64,000 bases of DNA from Candidatus Saccharimonadota bacterium (GTDB lineage: Bacteria; Patescibacteriota; Saccharimonadia; Saccharimonadales; JAXHNE01): NCBI GenBank assembly GCA_034520885.1, contig JAXHNE010000009.1, positions 2,431-66,430 of the forward strand. Reading direction: 5' to 3'. The translations under genes and the position numbers were made by a program. A model generated the notes under the pieces. It was not told the DNA's origin and did not search any database. It saw nothing but the letters and a program-made list of their open reading frames with translations. Below, piece after piece: positions 53,828-61,882 of this stretch. The number at the start of each line of letters is the position of its first letter. The first letter of the stretch is position 1.

Positions 53828-54497
53828 TTTTGAATTGCTGTTTCTCCAACAGGATAATACCTAAAATAATTAAGGAGTAAACCGCTCCGACCGCCAATGG
53901 AACCTTTTGGTCAATGCCGGCGTTTACTCCCGTCCAAAACAGTAAAACGCCAAAACCGCTGTAGGCTACCGGAGCTTTTACGCGCTCGGCTTTGCCCCAC
54001 AAAAAATGCAAAATAGTGGCGCCGATTATCCCGGTCAGTAGCCAACCGATAAAGTTTATCCAGGGGACGCCATAAAAACTACCGGCTTCGGCCCATGACC
54101 AAAACTCTAGCTTGACAGTAGCGGGGTCAAGCACGACATCCACGAGCGTGGCAAAAATAGCCGCAATGAAAACCCGTCTAAAGTTACGGGTGAACTTACT
54201 GGCCAACCAAAACCCCATAAGCAGAATTGGCGGATAAGCCAAAGCGACAGCGTAAGGAGTGGTATCTAGTAGCTTCGGTCCGAGTGTATTCGTGTAGGTG
54301 AATTCACCGTAGGGCAAACCGGTCTTAATGGCCACGGTTTCAATGGCCAAGGCGTAAATGCCCAACGCAACCAATATAATAATCCCCGTGAGTTTTCGTT
54401 GCCGAATTATGGCAAAGTAGCTCGGAGCGGCAAACAAGAGAATGCCGACCAAAGGCGCAAAAGTTATCACAACGTTGGGGACGTTTTCTACAATCAT
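53814..54497 (-). CDS. carotenoid biosynthesis membrane protein (CruF/DUF422-like)
   Basis: I trimmed the track ORF to ATG 54497 (MIVENVPNVVITF..). ~7 TM helices. ..LPYGEFTYT.. and ..WSWAEAGSFYGVPWINFIGW.. resemble the family that includes bisanhydrobacterioruberin hydratase. Overlaps the crtI-like gene by 14 nt. Confidence 0.6.
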   Translation of the reverse strand: MIVENVPNVVITFAPLVGILLFAAPSYFAIIRQRKLTGIIILVALGIYALAIETVAIKTGLPYGEFTYTNTLGPKLLDTTPYAVALAYPPILLMGFWLASKFTRNFRRVFIAAIFATLVDVVLDPATVKLEFWSWAEAGSFYGVPWINFIGWLLTGIIGATILHFLWGKAERVKAPVAYSGFGVLLFWTGVNAGIDQKVPLAVGAVYSLIILGIILLEKQQFKNEHE

Positions 54498-54514
54498 TGA
54501 TACAATTATCGCAC

Positions 54515-55354
54515 ATGAGCAGCCAGCAGCGAAGCTTAAGTTTACCAATGAGCCGCCCTCGTTTTTGGGGATATCTCTTCGGCCCGTTTTTGATCGGTGT
54601 TGCCGCCGCGCCACAGATAGACGTTTCCATTCGCCTCGTATTGCTTGGATTATTTTTTACCTTCCCCGCCAACTTGCTTATTTACGGCTTTAACGACATC
54701 TTTGACTACCAAACGGATAAGCTCAATAAAAAAAAGCGGTCGTATGAAAAGTTACTTAAACCCGAACAACGTAAATCGCTTACCAATGTCTTGACCGTGT
54801 TCGGTGCTTTGGGGATTTTGTTAGTGTTCCCCGAAAGCGTGCCAATGGAAGCCAAGTGGGCAATGACCGCTTTTTATTTTTTTGGCCTGGGTTACTCAGT
54901 GCCGCCGATTCGAGCCAAAACTAAGCCCATTTTGGATTCATATTTCAATGTGCTCTACGTTTTTCCGGGATTGGTCAGTTACGGGTTGTTGACCGGTGGA
55001 TTCCCGCCGCTGCAAGTTTTTGTTGCCGCCACGATGTGGTGCGCGGCCATGCATGCCTATTCGGCCATTCCGGATATCCGCGCCGATCAACGCGCCGGCT
55101 TGCGTACCGTCGCTACGACGTTGGGTAAACAAAGAACACTGCTGTTTTGTGCACTTCACTACACGGTAGCAGCATCGCTGTCCGCTCCGTGGCTCGGTTG
55201 GTTTAGCCTGGTGGGAGCCGCGGTTTATTTGTCAATGATGTATGTGTCTTTTCAGGCAACCACCAAGGAGCAGTTCTTTCGCTACTACACCTATTTTCCG
55301 TTCATAAATATGTTCGTTGGTGCCGCGCTGTTCCTCTGGATACTTTGGTTGTAA
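54515..55354 (+). CDS. UbiA-family prenyltransferase (lycopene-elongase-like)
   Basis: Start taken at ATG 54515 (the track uses an upstream TTG). Asp-rich motifs NDIFDYQTDKLN and ..YSAIPDIRADQRAGLRT... ~8 TM helices. Divergent from the cruF-like gene. Confidence 0.75.
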   Translation: MSSQQRSLSLPMSRPRFWGYLFGPFLIGVAAAPQIDVSIRLVLLGLFFTFPANLLIYGFNDIFDYQTDKLNKKKRSYEKLLKPEQRKSLTNVLTVFGALGILLVFPESVPMEAKWAMTAFYFFGLGYSVPPIRAKTKPILDSYFNVLYVFPGLVSYGLLTGGFPPLQVFVAATMWCAAMHAYSAIPDIRADQRAGLRTVATTLGKQRTLLFCALHYTVAASLSAPWLGWFSLVGAAVYLSMMYVSFQATTKEQFFRYYTYFPFINMFVGAALFLWILWL

Positions 55355-55383
55355 AATAACCATAAGTGTGATATAGTATTAAC

Positions 55384-55653
55384 ATGACAAGATCAATTGA
55401 AGTTGACTACAGTCCCGAAGGCGATTTTACCGTTGATGAAAACGGTGATGTTCAGCCAATGATAGAAGAAACGCAAGGGCCTCATCCGGTGCGACCGGAA
55501 GATATGCCACATGATCAGTTTGCAGTGGGTCTGAGGGGAAGATTGGCAGTCAAAGCATTTACTGAAGCTCACCGAAGTACCGAACCGACCACTGTGGATG
55601 TGCGGAGCGCTACTCCTGCTCATTTTAAAAACCGCAAAGATATATTGGGGTAG
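55384..55653 (+). CDS. hypothetical protein
   Basis: 89-aa acidic ORF. No family recognised. Confidence 0.4.
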   Translation: MTRSIEVDYSPEGDFTVDENGDVQPMIEETQGPHPVRPEDMPHDQFAVGLRGRLAVKAFTEAHRSTEPTTVDVRSATPAHFKNRKDILG

Positions 55654-55655
55654 GC

Positions 55656-56483
55656 GTGCCGGGAGAACAGCTTAAATTAGTGTCTTCGGAAGTTCAGCAG
55701 GAAGATACGGTAACTGCGGAGTTAGATAATCCCAACCGGCTCGTTGCATTCGGAGGCTATGTAAAAGAACATCAGTATGATCCAGAAGGAGAACTCGCAA
55801 AGATTGAACTCACCCAAGCTGAAAAAGACTGGTTTACGGCAGATAAATTAACTGAAATCCTTTTTCAGGATGAGCGTGGGCGAGGTCTGGATACCAACCC
55901 TGTTGGTTACGCGAAAGGCGTATTACTTCCACCGTCTGAGTACACTTGGGTTAAACGCCCTCCGGAATTGTTAGCGAGGTCCGCAGCGAGACGCACCCTT
56001 AATGCAACTACGGAAATCGATGATGAAGCGCAAGCACGCAGTCAACGATCTATGGTTCATGCGCTTGAAACGACTACTGAGTCAATTGAAGCACGCAAAG
56101 AGGGTTTAATTGAGCGGAGACAAGACATACTTACCCTGAGAAAAGAGGCGAGAACACCCGGATGGGCTCATAAACCTGCTCATGAAATGCAAAGACTTAT
56201 CGGTCAGGCATGGTCGGAAATGCTTAATATGCTTGATACCTTGAAGATCTATCGTGAATGGGACGATCAAACGAGATTAAGAGCAGAATCTGCAGCTGTT
56301 CGCTATCTTACGAGTGAAGGCCAGAATACTAGAGTCGGACATTGGCAAAGCTTATTAAGACTTGAAGACAATTATTTGCAGGCAAGAGTTGGTCTACTTG
56401 GGCAGTCCGAAAGAGATCATAGGCATGAGCTCGATGAAGCAATAAACCAAACTACTGACAGTACTAGTAAACTAGAAGAGTGA
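55656..56483 (+). CDS. hypothetical protein (helical, charged)
   Basis: 275 aa with a GTG start 2 nt after the upstream stop. No family recognised. Confidence 0.5.
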   Translation: MPGEQLKLVSSEVQQEDTVTAELDNPNRLVAFGGYVKEHQYDPEGELAKIELTQAEKDWFTADKLTEILFQDERGRGLDTNPVGYAKGVLLPPSEYTWVKRPPELLARSAARRTLNATTEIDDEAQARSQRSMVHALETTTESIEARKEGLIERRQDILTLRKEARTPGWAHKPAHEMQRLIGQAWSEMLNMLDTLKIYREWDDQTRLRAESAAVRYLTSEGQNTRVGHWQSLLRLEDNYLQARVGLLGQSERDHRHELDEAINQTTDSTSKLEE

Positions 56484-57424
56484 AAGGTTTACTGAGTAAG
56501 CTCCCAAAACCATTTTTCGTATTGGCGCCCATGGACGACGTGACGGATACCGCGTTTCGTCGTATCGTTCATTCCTGCGCACCGGCCGATCTGTATATGA
56601 CGGAATTTGCCAACGCTGACGGGTTGCAGTCGCCGGGCCGAAAAGCGGTCATGAAAAAGCTTAAATTTTACGAGCAAGAACATCCACTGATTGCCCAAAT
56701 ATGGGGTGCCAAACCGGAAAACTTTGAAAAAACGGCTCGCGAAGCCATGGATATGGGGTTTATTGGCGTGGATCTTAACATGGGATGTCCGGTGAAAAAC
56801 GTGGTTAAGCAAGGGCTTTGCTCGGGGTTAATCCAAAACCGTGATTTGGCCGATAAACTGATCCGCGCCACCCAAAAAGGTGCCGGCAAGCCGAACGTGA
56901 GTATCAAAACCCGACTCGGCGTTAAAAGTTATGACGAATCCTGGGTGCGGTTTTTGTTGGGCTACGAGCCCGTGATGTTGACTATGCATTTTCGGAGCAT
57001 AAAAGACATGTCCAAGGTACCGGCCAAGTGGGAGCTGGCCTCAGAATTAGTGCGGCTTCGTAACGAAATTTCCCCGGATACTTTGCTCGTAGGCAATGGC
57101 GACGTAGAGTCGCGCCAGCAGGGCGAGGAGCTTGCAAAAAAACATGGAATTGATGGCATCATGGTCGGCCGCGGTATTTTTAAAGATCCGTATTTGTTTG
57201 CCAAAAATACCCCGTGGGAATCCATTGGCGCCAAGGAGCGAAAACAGCTTTTCGCCAAGCATATAAAACTTTTTAAAAAAGAGTGGGAAGGGCAGAAAAA
57301 TCCCGCACTGCTTAAAAAATTCGCCAAAGTGTACATTAACGGCTTTGACGGCGCCAAAGACTTACGGGAGCAACTTATGCACACCGATTCAATAGATGAA
57401 TTGTTGGAAAAGTTGCTAGAATAA
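56480..57424 (+). CDS. tRNA-dihydrouridine synthase
   Basis: 314 aa. ..FFVLAPMDDVTDTAFRRIV.., ..GVDLNMGCPVKNV.. (catalytic Cys), ..MVGRG... Confidence 0.85.
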   Translation: MKGLLSKLPKPFFVLAPMDDVTDTAFRRIVHSCAPADLYMTEFANADGLQSPGRKAVMKKLKFYEQEHPLIAQIWGAKPENFEKTAREAMDMGFIGVDLNMGCPVKNVVKQGLCSGLIQNRDLADKLIRATQKGAGKPNVSIKTRLGVKSYDESWVRFLLGYEPVMLTMHFRSIKDMSKVPAKWELASELVRLRNEISPDTLLVGNGDVESRQQGEELAKKHGIDGIMVGRGIFKDPYLFAKNTPWESIGAKERKQLFAKHIKLFKKEWEGQKNPALLKKFAKVYINGFDGAKDLREQLMHTDSIDELLEKLLE

Positions 57425-57428
57425 GACT

Positions 57429-57962
57429 ATGGCAAAACACGAACATGATCAGCACGACGCCCATGTGCATTTAGGGCACGACACGGCGGAAAACGGGAGG
57501 GAATACCTGAAGTTTACCGGCGTTATAGCCGGTATCGTTTTGGTTACTATATTTTTGGCATGGGCCCGTGGGTTTGAAGTTCACCGGTTCATGGGCGATT
57601 TCATGGCGGTATTTTTCATCGTGTTCGCTACTTTCAAGTTCGTAAATTTAGAGATGTTTTCCGTGACGTACCAGTCCTACGACATTATTGCCAAGCGTTT
57701 TCCGCTGTGGGGATACGCCTTTCCGTTCATTGAAGGAGTTCTCGGGGTGGCTTATCTGCTGTTCGATCAAAACAATACGCTGAATATTATTACCATGCTA
57801 ATAACGGGAACGGCGGCAATCGGCGTATTTCAGGAGCTGCGCAACAAGTCCAATATTATGTGTGCTTGTCTGGGCAATGTAATCAAATTGCCACTTTCCA
57901 AAGTCAGTTTTATCGAAGACGCCGCCATGTTCTTAATGGCAGCCGCGATGATTATCGTGTAG
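57429..57962 (+). CDS. MauE/DoxX-like membrane protein with His-rich N-terminus
   Basis: 177 aa. MAKHEHDQHDAHVHLGHD.., 4 TM helices, and ..NIMCACLGNVIKLPLS.. typical of MauE-like proteins. Confidence 0.45.
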   Translation: MAKHEHDQHDAHVHLGHDTAENGREYLKFTGVIAGIVLVTIFLAWARGFEVHRFMGDFMAVFFIVFATFKFVNLEMFSVTYQSYDIIAKRFPLWGYAFPFIEGVLGVAYLLFDQNNTLNIITMLITGTAAIGVFQELRNKSNIMCACLGNVIKLPLSKVSFIEDAAMFLMAAAMIIV

Positions 57963-58038
57963 TGGTGGGGGTGGTTGGAATCGAACCAACTACCAAGACG
58001 TTATGAGCGTCCTGCTCTAACCGATGAGCTACACCCCC
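57963..58038 (-). tRNA. tRNA-Met (anticodon CAT; could alternatively be tRNA-Ile2 after lysidine modification)
   Basis: The reverse complement folds as a cloverleaf: GGGGGTG-TA-GCTC-ATCGGTTA-GAGC-A-GGACG-CTCATAA-CGTCT-TGGTA-GTTGG-TTCGATT-CCAAC-CACCCCC-A-CCA (76 nt, CCA encoded). Confidence 0.9.
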
Positions 58039-58126
58039 ATTGGTGGCTATCGTAACAGAGACGAGTATAGCAGATTCCTGGTAATTTAGCGGGATTTTTT
58101 GCCCGGTAGCGGCTCTAACTCGTGGA

Positions 58127-59521
58127 TTATTTTGATTTTAGCTTTTGACAGGCTTTACGAACGGCTTCTGACCACGTAGGGAAGGCGTGTACGGTTTCCG
58201 CGACCTGACGGGCAGTCAAGTGGTTTTGTACGGCAACGGTTAGTTCATGAATGACTTCACCGGCCTGAGGGCTCACTACGCTGGCGCCCAAAAGTGTCCC
58301 GTATTTGCCGGCCAACACCTTTACGAAACCGCTATCCACGCCGCTGGTGTTAGCCCGGCCAATAACGGTAATTGGCACGGCCGCCACCTGGTATTTAATT
58401 TTTTTATCTTGTAATTGCGATTCGGTATAACCAACGCAGGCAATTTCCGGATCGGTAAATACGCAGCGGGGAATGGCGTGATAGTCCGCTTTTCGTTTGT
58501 TTTTGCGATGGAACATATTGTGCGCCGCGATCCGGCTTTGATAAGAGGCCGTATGTGTAAACTTGTACGGGCCGACAACGTCACCCGCGGCATAAATGTG
58601 CTTATTGGAAGTTTGCATATAGCCGTTAACTTTTACGCCGCTACGGTCGTATTTTACGCCGGCGTTTTCCAAGCCGAGGTCGGTGTTGGGTACTTTTCCG
58701 GAGGCGAGCAGTATTTCGTCCACGGTGACCGAATGCGTTTTACCGTTTTGCTCGTAATAGACCGTTTTTTTGCTGCCTTTTTTACTGACCCGCGTTACTT
58801 TTACGCCGGTGTGAACGGAAACTCCGCGCCGTTCAAAAAGCGCTCCGAGTAGTTCGCCGACTTCCGGGTCTTCCTGGCTTACCAATCGTGGTGCCATGTC
58901 GGCGATATGTACTTTGGTATCAAACGACGAAAACAGTTCCGCGAACTCACTGCCGATTGCTCCGCCGCCGATAATGAATAAGGATTTTGGCGGGCTATCC
59001 AGGTCGATCGCTTCGCGGTAGGTGATGAAACCGGCTTCTTTCAGTCCGGCAATTGGCGGCACAAAGTTTTTGGTACCACTGGCAATCAAAAATTGCTTGG
59101 CGCTAAAACGCTTGCCGTCCACCGAAATCTGCCACGGATCAATAAAATGTCCGTGCCCATGCACGATATCTACGCCCTCGTGTTCGTAAAAAGCTTCGCC
59201 TTCTTCGGTTCCGGTATGCGTTACCGCCGCCGCCTTCCAGGCTTTGATTTTTTTGTAGTCAAAACTTACGTTACTGGCTTTTAAGCCGAATCGATCGCCT
59301 TCCTTGGCGGTTTTGTAGGTATCGGCGGCTTGCAGTAAAGCTTTGGTGGGGACGCAGCCAAAATTGGGGCACTCACCGCCAACTTTGTCGGCCTCGATAA
59401 GCGCCACTTTTTTACCGGCTTGTACGGCTTGGTGAGCGGCCACGCCACCACCGGCACCGCTGCCAAGAACAATAAGATCGTAATCAAAATACGTGGGTTT
59501 GGCGTGTTTTATCTTATGCAT
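58127..59521 (-). CDS. class I pyridine nucleotide-disulfide oxidoreductase (dihydrolipoyl dehydrogenase family)
   Basis: 464 aa. FAD motif LIVLGSGAGGGVAA, redox CxxxxC (GGECPNFGCVPTK), NAD motif IIGGGAIGSEFA, and a C-terminal dimerisation HAFPT-like motif (VHAFPTWSE). Confidence 0.8.
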   Translation of the reverse strand: MHKIKHAKPTYFDYDLIVLGSGAGGGVAAHQAVQAGKKVALIEADKVGGECPNFGCVPTKALLQAADTYKTAKEGDRFGLKASNVSFDYKKIKAWKAAAVTHTGTEEGEAFYEHEGVDIVHGHGHFIDPWQISVDGKRFSAKQFLIASGTKNFVPPIAGLKEAGFITYREAIDLDSPPKSLFIIGGGAIGSEFAELFSSFDTKVHIADMAPRLVSQEDPEVGELLGALFERRGVSVHTGVKVTRVSKKGSKKTVYYEQNGKTHSVTVDEILLASGKVPNTDLGLENAGVKYDRSGVKVNGYMQTSNKHIYAAGDVVGPYKFTHTASYQSRIAAHNMFHRKNKRKADYHAIPRCVFTDPEIACVGYTESQLQDKKIKYQVAAVPITVIGRANTSGVDSGFVKVLAGKYGTLLGASVVSPQAGEVIHELTVAVQNHLTARQVAETVHAFPTWSEAVRKACQKLKSK

Positions 59522-59558
59522 AATCTCACCCCTTCATTACAAGCTACACGCGCCATAA

Positions 59559-59828
59559 TTACCAAATGACCCGGTGGTGCAAATACATATGTGCCGCGTC
59601 GGGATTTATGGTTTGCAAGAAATCATGGGCCTTTTTTCGAATATCGTTACTGGTGACTTCGTGTTTTGGTTCCAACCACTTTTCGAAATTTTTTATAACG
59701 TCGTCGGCAATGACTTCTGCCGACCCGGGATGTTCACGTACCGACAAACAGGCCGCGTAAATACTGGCGTAGAGCTTTTTCGGGTCGTAGCTTTCCGTGT
59801 GTTTTCCGCGTTTTACGATATGTTTCAC
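59559..59828 (-). CDS. stand-alone ATP-cone domain protein
   Basis: I trimmed the track ORF to GTG 59828, preceded by GAGAGGAG. VKHIVKRGKHTESYDPKKLYASIYAAC.. matches the ATP-cone. The N-terminal extension in the track ORF is encoded by a repeat region. Confidence 0.65.
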   Translation of the reverse strand: MKHIVKRGKHTESYDPKKLYASIYAACLSVREHPGSAEVIADDVIKNFEKWLEPKHEVTSNDIRKKAHDFLQTINPDAAHMYLHHRVIW

Positions 59829-59845
59829 TGCGAAACTCCTCTCAC

Positions 59846-59975
59846 ATAAATCTGAAATCTGAATACAGAAACTAGAAACAAATCTGAAACCCAAAACCTA
59901 AAACTCAAAATGTTTCTAATTTGATGTTTGTAATTTCTAGTTTGTTTACTATTTCGTGCTTCGTATTTCATGTTT
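59846..59975. repeat. AT-rich region with 7-nt periodicity: A-rich heptamer run followed by its T-rich inverted counterpart
   Basis: AAATCTG AAATCTG AATACAG AAACTAG AAACAAA TCTGAAA CCCAAAA CCTAAAA CTCAAAA TG, then TTTCTAA TTTGATG TTTGTAA TTTCTAG TTTGTTT ACTATTT CGTGCTT CGTATTT CATGTTT. Confidence 0.75.
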
Positions 59976-59980
59976 ATAGC

Positions 59981-60685
59981 CTAGCCGAAGTTTATCGTTC
60001 CATTGGCAATTAATATCAGAATCCAGCCCAGCGCGGCAAGCAGTAGTCCCATAAAGAGACGCATAGTGCCTTTGCTGTCCTCTTTCCATTTGGATACCGC
60101 ACTGACCTTGGCGCCCCCGGCGACCATGATCAGAATCACGATAAGCGGAGCCACGAATATAAGGTTGTAGAGCACCATCATCAAAAAGGCGATAAAGTTA
60201 AAGTCGATCCGCAGGATAGTGATAATCGCTAAGTAGGGCGCTCCGGTGCAAGGGAGCTCCACGGCGGCCACGAACGCACCGAGGAACATCACGCCCATTA
60301 AGCTGGTTTTTTCGGTAGAGTACTTATGAATTTTGTTGGCAAAGTAGGTGGGGATTTGCAGGCTGAACCCTTTGCCGTACCAAAAGTAATCCTTGATTTC
60401 CAAAATTCCGCCCAGAATAACCAGGGAGGCAACGAACAAGGACAGATATTCGGCAATAACAATCGGGATAGCGGCAAAAAAGTACACCAAGCCGAGCCCG
60501 GCAATGAGGTAGGTCGCGAATATAGCGAATATGTAGGCGAATCCATTCAACAGTAATCGTTTCGTCCCGCCGCCTTGTCCGAGAATGACCGAAACCATCA
60601 AAATCAATACGCCGATAGCGCAAGGGTTGATAGAGTCAATCGCGGCGGAGGTAACGACCAGACCGAGTGTTGGCAAGTCGATCAT
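59981..60685 (-). CDS. CcdA/DsbD-type transmembrane thiol-disulfide electron transporter
   Basis: 234 aa with 6 TM helices. Conserved Cys in ..SINPCAIGVL.. and ..VELPCTGAPYL... Confidence 0.75.
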   Translation of the reverse strand: MIDLPTLGLVVTSAAIDSINPCAIGVLILMVSVILGQGGGTKRLLLNGFAYIFAIFATYLIAGLGLVYFFAAIPIVIAEYLSLFVASLVILGGILEIKDYFWYGKGFSLQIPTYFANKIHKYSTEKTSLMGVMFLGAFVAAVELPCTGAPYLAIITILRIDFNFIAFLMMVLYNLIFVAPLIVILIMVAGGAKVSAVSKWKEDSKGTMRLFMGLLLAALGWILILIANGTINFG

Positions 60686-61782
60686 AGCATTGCTCCTTCC
60701 TCGGGTATCCCGGTATCGGAGGGCGTTGCTTCTCCGTTTCGCGGCGTATCTTCACACGGTTCGTCGCTTTCCGGGTCTCGTAAGCACGCCTGTGAGGTGG
60801 GTTCCGCGGGTTGTTGGCTTTGATCATTCGCCGGCGGGTCTTGGGGTTCCGGTTCGCTCGATTGGTTGACTTCACGGAATTTACATAAGTCGGGGTTGAA
60901 TTCGCTTACGCCATAATCCCTACAGCGTTCTATGTGCTCGACGCCATGTTGTTCACACAGCTTGTCGGTTGCCGCCTTGGCGGGGCCGAACTCCACGATT
61001 ACACAATCACTTGGCGGGCCGAGCGTCGACTCGTCACGCATAATATAACTTCCCGGGTCTTCCAGTTTTTCCTGGGTGTAGGTTTCATCCTCTTCGTTGA
61101 CCCGGTAGACGAATACTTGTATCTCACCGGGAGTTCCATCCGGGCACGTATCACCGTTCTGTAGCTGCAAAACCGGCCTGTTGCCGTCCGCCGATTGACC
61201 GATCCGGTCCGCGGAGGCGACTCGTTCCAGTTGGCGTTTGTCTTCATCGCCGTCAAGTTGGTCGCCGGTAGTCGGCCATGCCGCCTCGTCCTCCGAAAGC
61301 GGAATACCGATTGACGACGGCGTAATATAACCACCGGTCACATCCATGAATTTCTCCAGCGAAGCGTCGTAACTTTTATTCACTACCACGCCTTCAAGGT
61401 GAATGTATTTGTCGTTGTGTTCATGGTACGTGGGACTTCCGACCTTGTTGGATAAAAGCCCGTCCGGATCACGAAGATTTACCTCGCTGCCGCACGCCCA
61501 AAATTCAATACCACTGTGCCAGTGCACCGGTCCGCCGGATTCGCTTTTGACGTTCAAATACACCGTGCTTCCGGTGAGGAGTAGAGTGCTTCCCGCCATA
61601 ATTCCCGCCATGCCGATAAAAAGGGGCAACTTGGCGTACTTCCGGATTTTTTCCGGGGCTTTGTTATTTAGCACCGCGGCAATAGTAAGCACGATCAAGG
61701 CGACCGCCGATATTCCTACCGTCCGCAAAGCCAGACCGCTTATTTGATGCTCAAGATCCGCGGATGCCAGAAGTTCTATCAA
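60682..61782 (-). CDS. hypothetical membrane-anchored extracytoplasmic protein, His- and Cys-containing
   Basis: 366 aa. Two N-terminal TM helices, ..VHWHSGIEFWACGSEV..YHEHNDKYIHLEG.. (possible metal site), and a C-terminal acidic Cys-containing tail. The 4-nt overlap with the ccdA-like gene suggests co-function. Confidence 0.5.
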   Translation of the reverse strand: MIELLASADLEHQISGLALRTVGISAVALIVLTIAAVLNNKAPEKIRKYAKLPLFIGMAGIMAGSTLLLTGSTVYLNVKSESGGPVHWHSGIEFWACGSEVNLRDPDGLLSNKVGSPTYHEHNDKYIHLEGVVVNKSYDASLEKFMDVTGGYITPSSIGIPLSEDEAAWPTTGDQLDGDEDKRQLERVASADRIGQSADGNRPVLQLQNGDTCPDGTPGEIQVFVYRVNEEDETYTQEKLEDPGSYIMRDESTLGPPSDCVIVEFGPAKAATDKLCEQHGVEHIERCRDYGVSEFNPDLCKFREVNQSSEPEPQDPPANDQSQQPAEPTSQACLRDPESDEPCEDTPRNGEATPSDTGIPEEGAML

Positions 61783-61882
61783 TTTTTCCCACTCTATTTG
61801 TTATTTTGCTTATGCTACAAAAACACTATACCATGTACCCAAGGATAAGCGTAAGCAGAAATAAACGTAAAGAGAAACAGCT

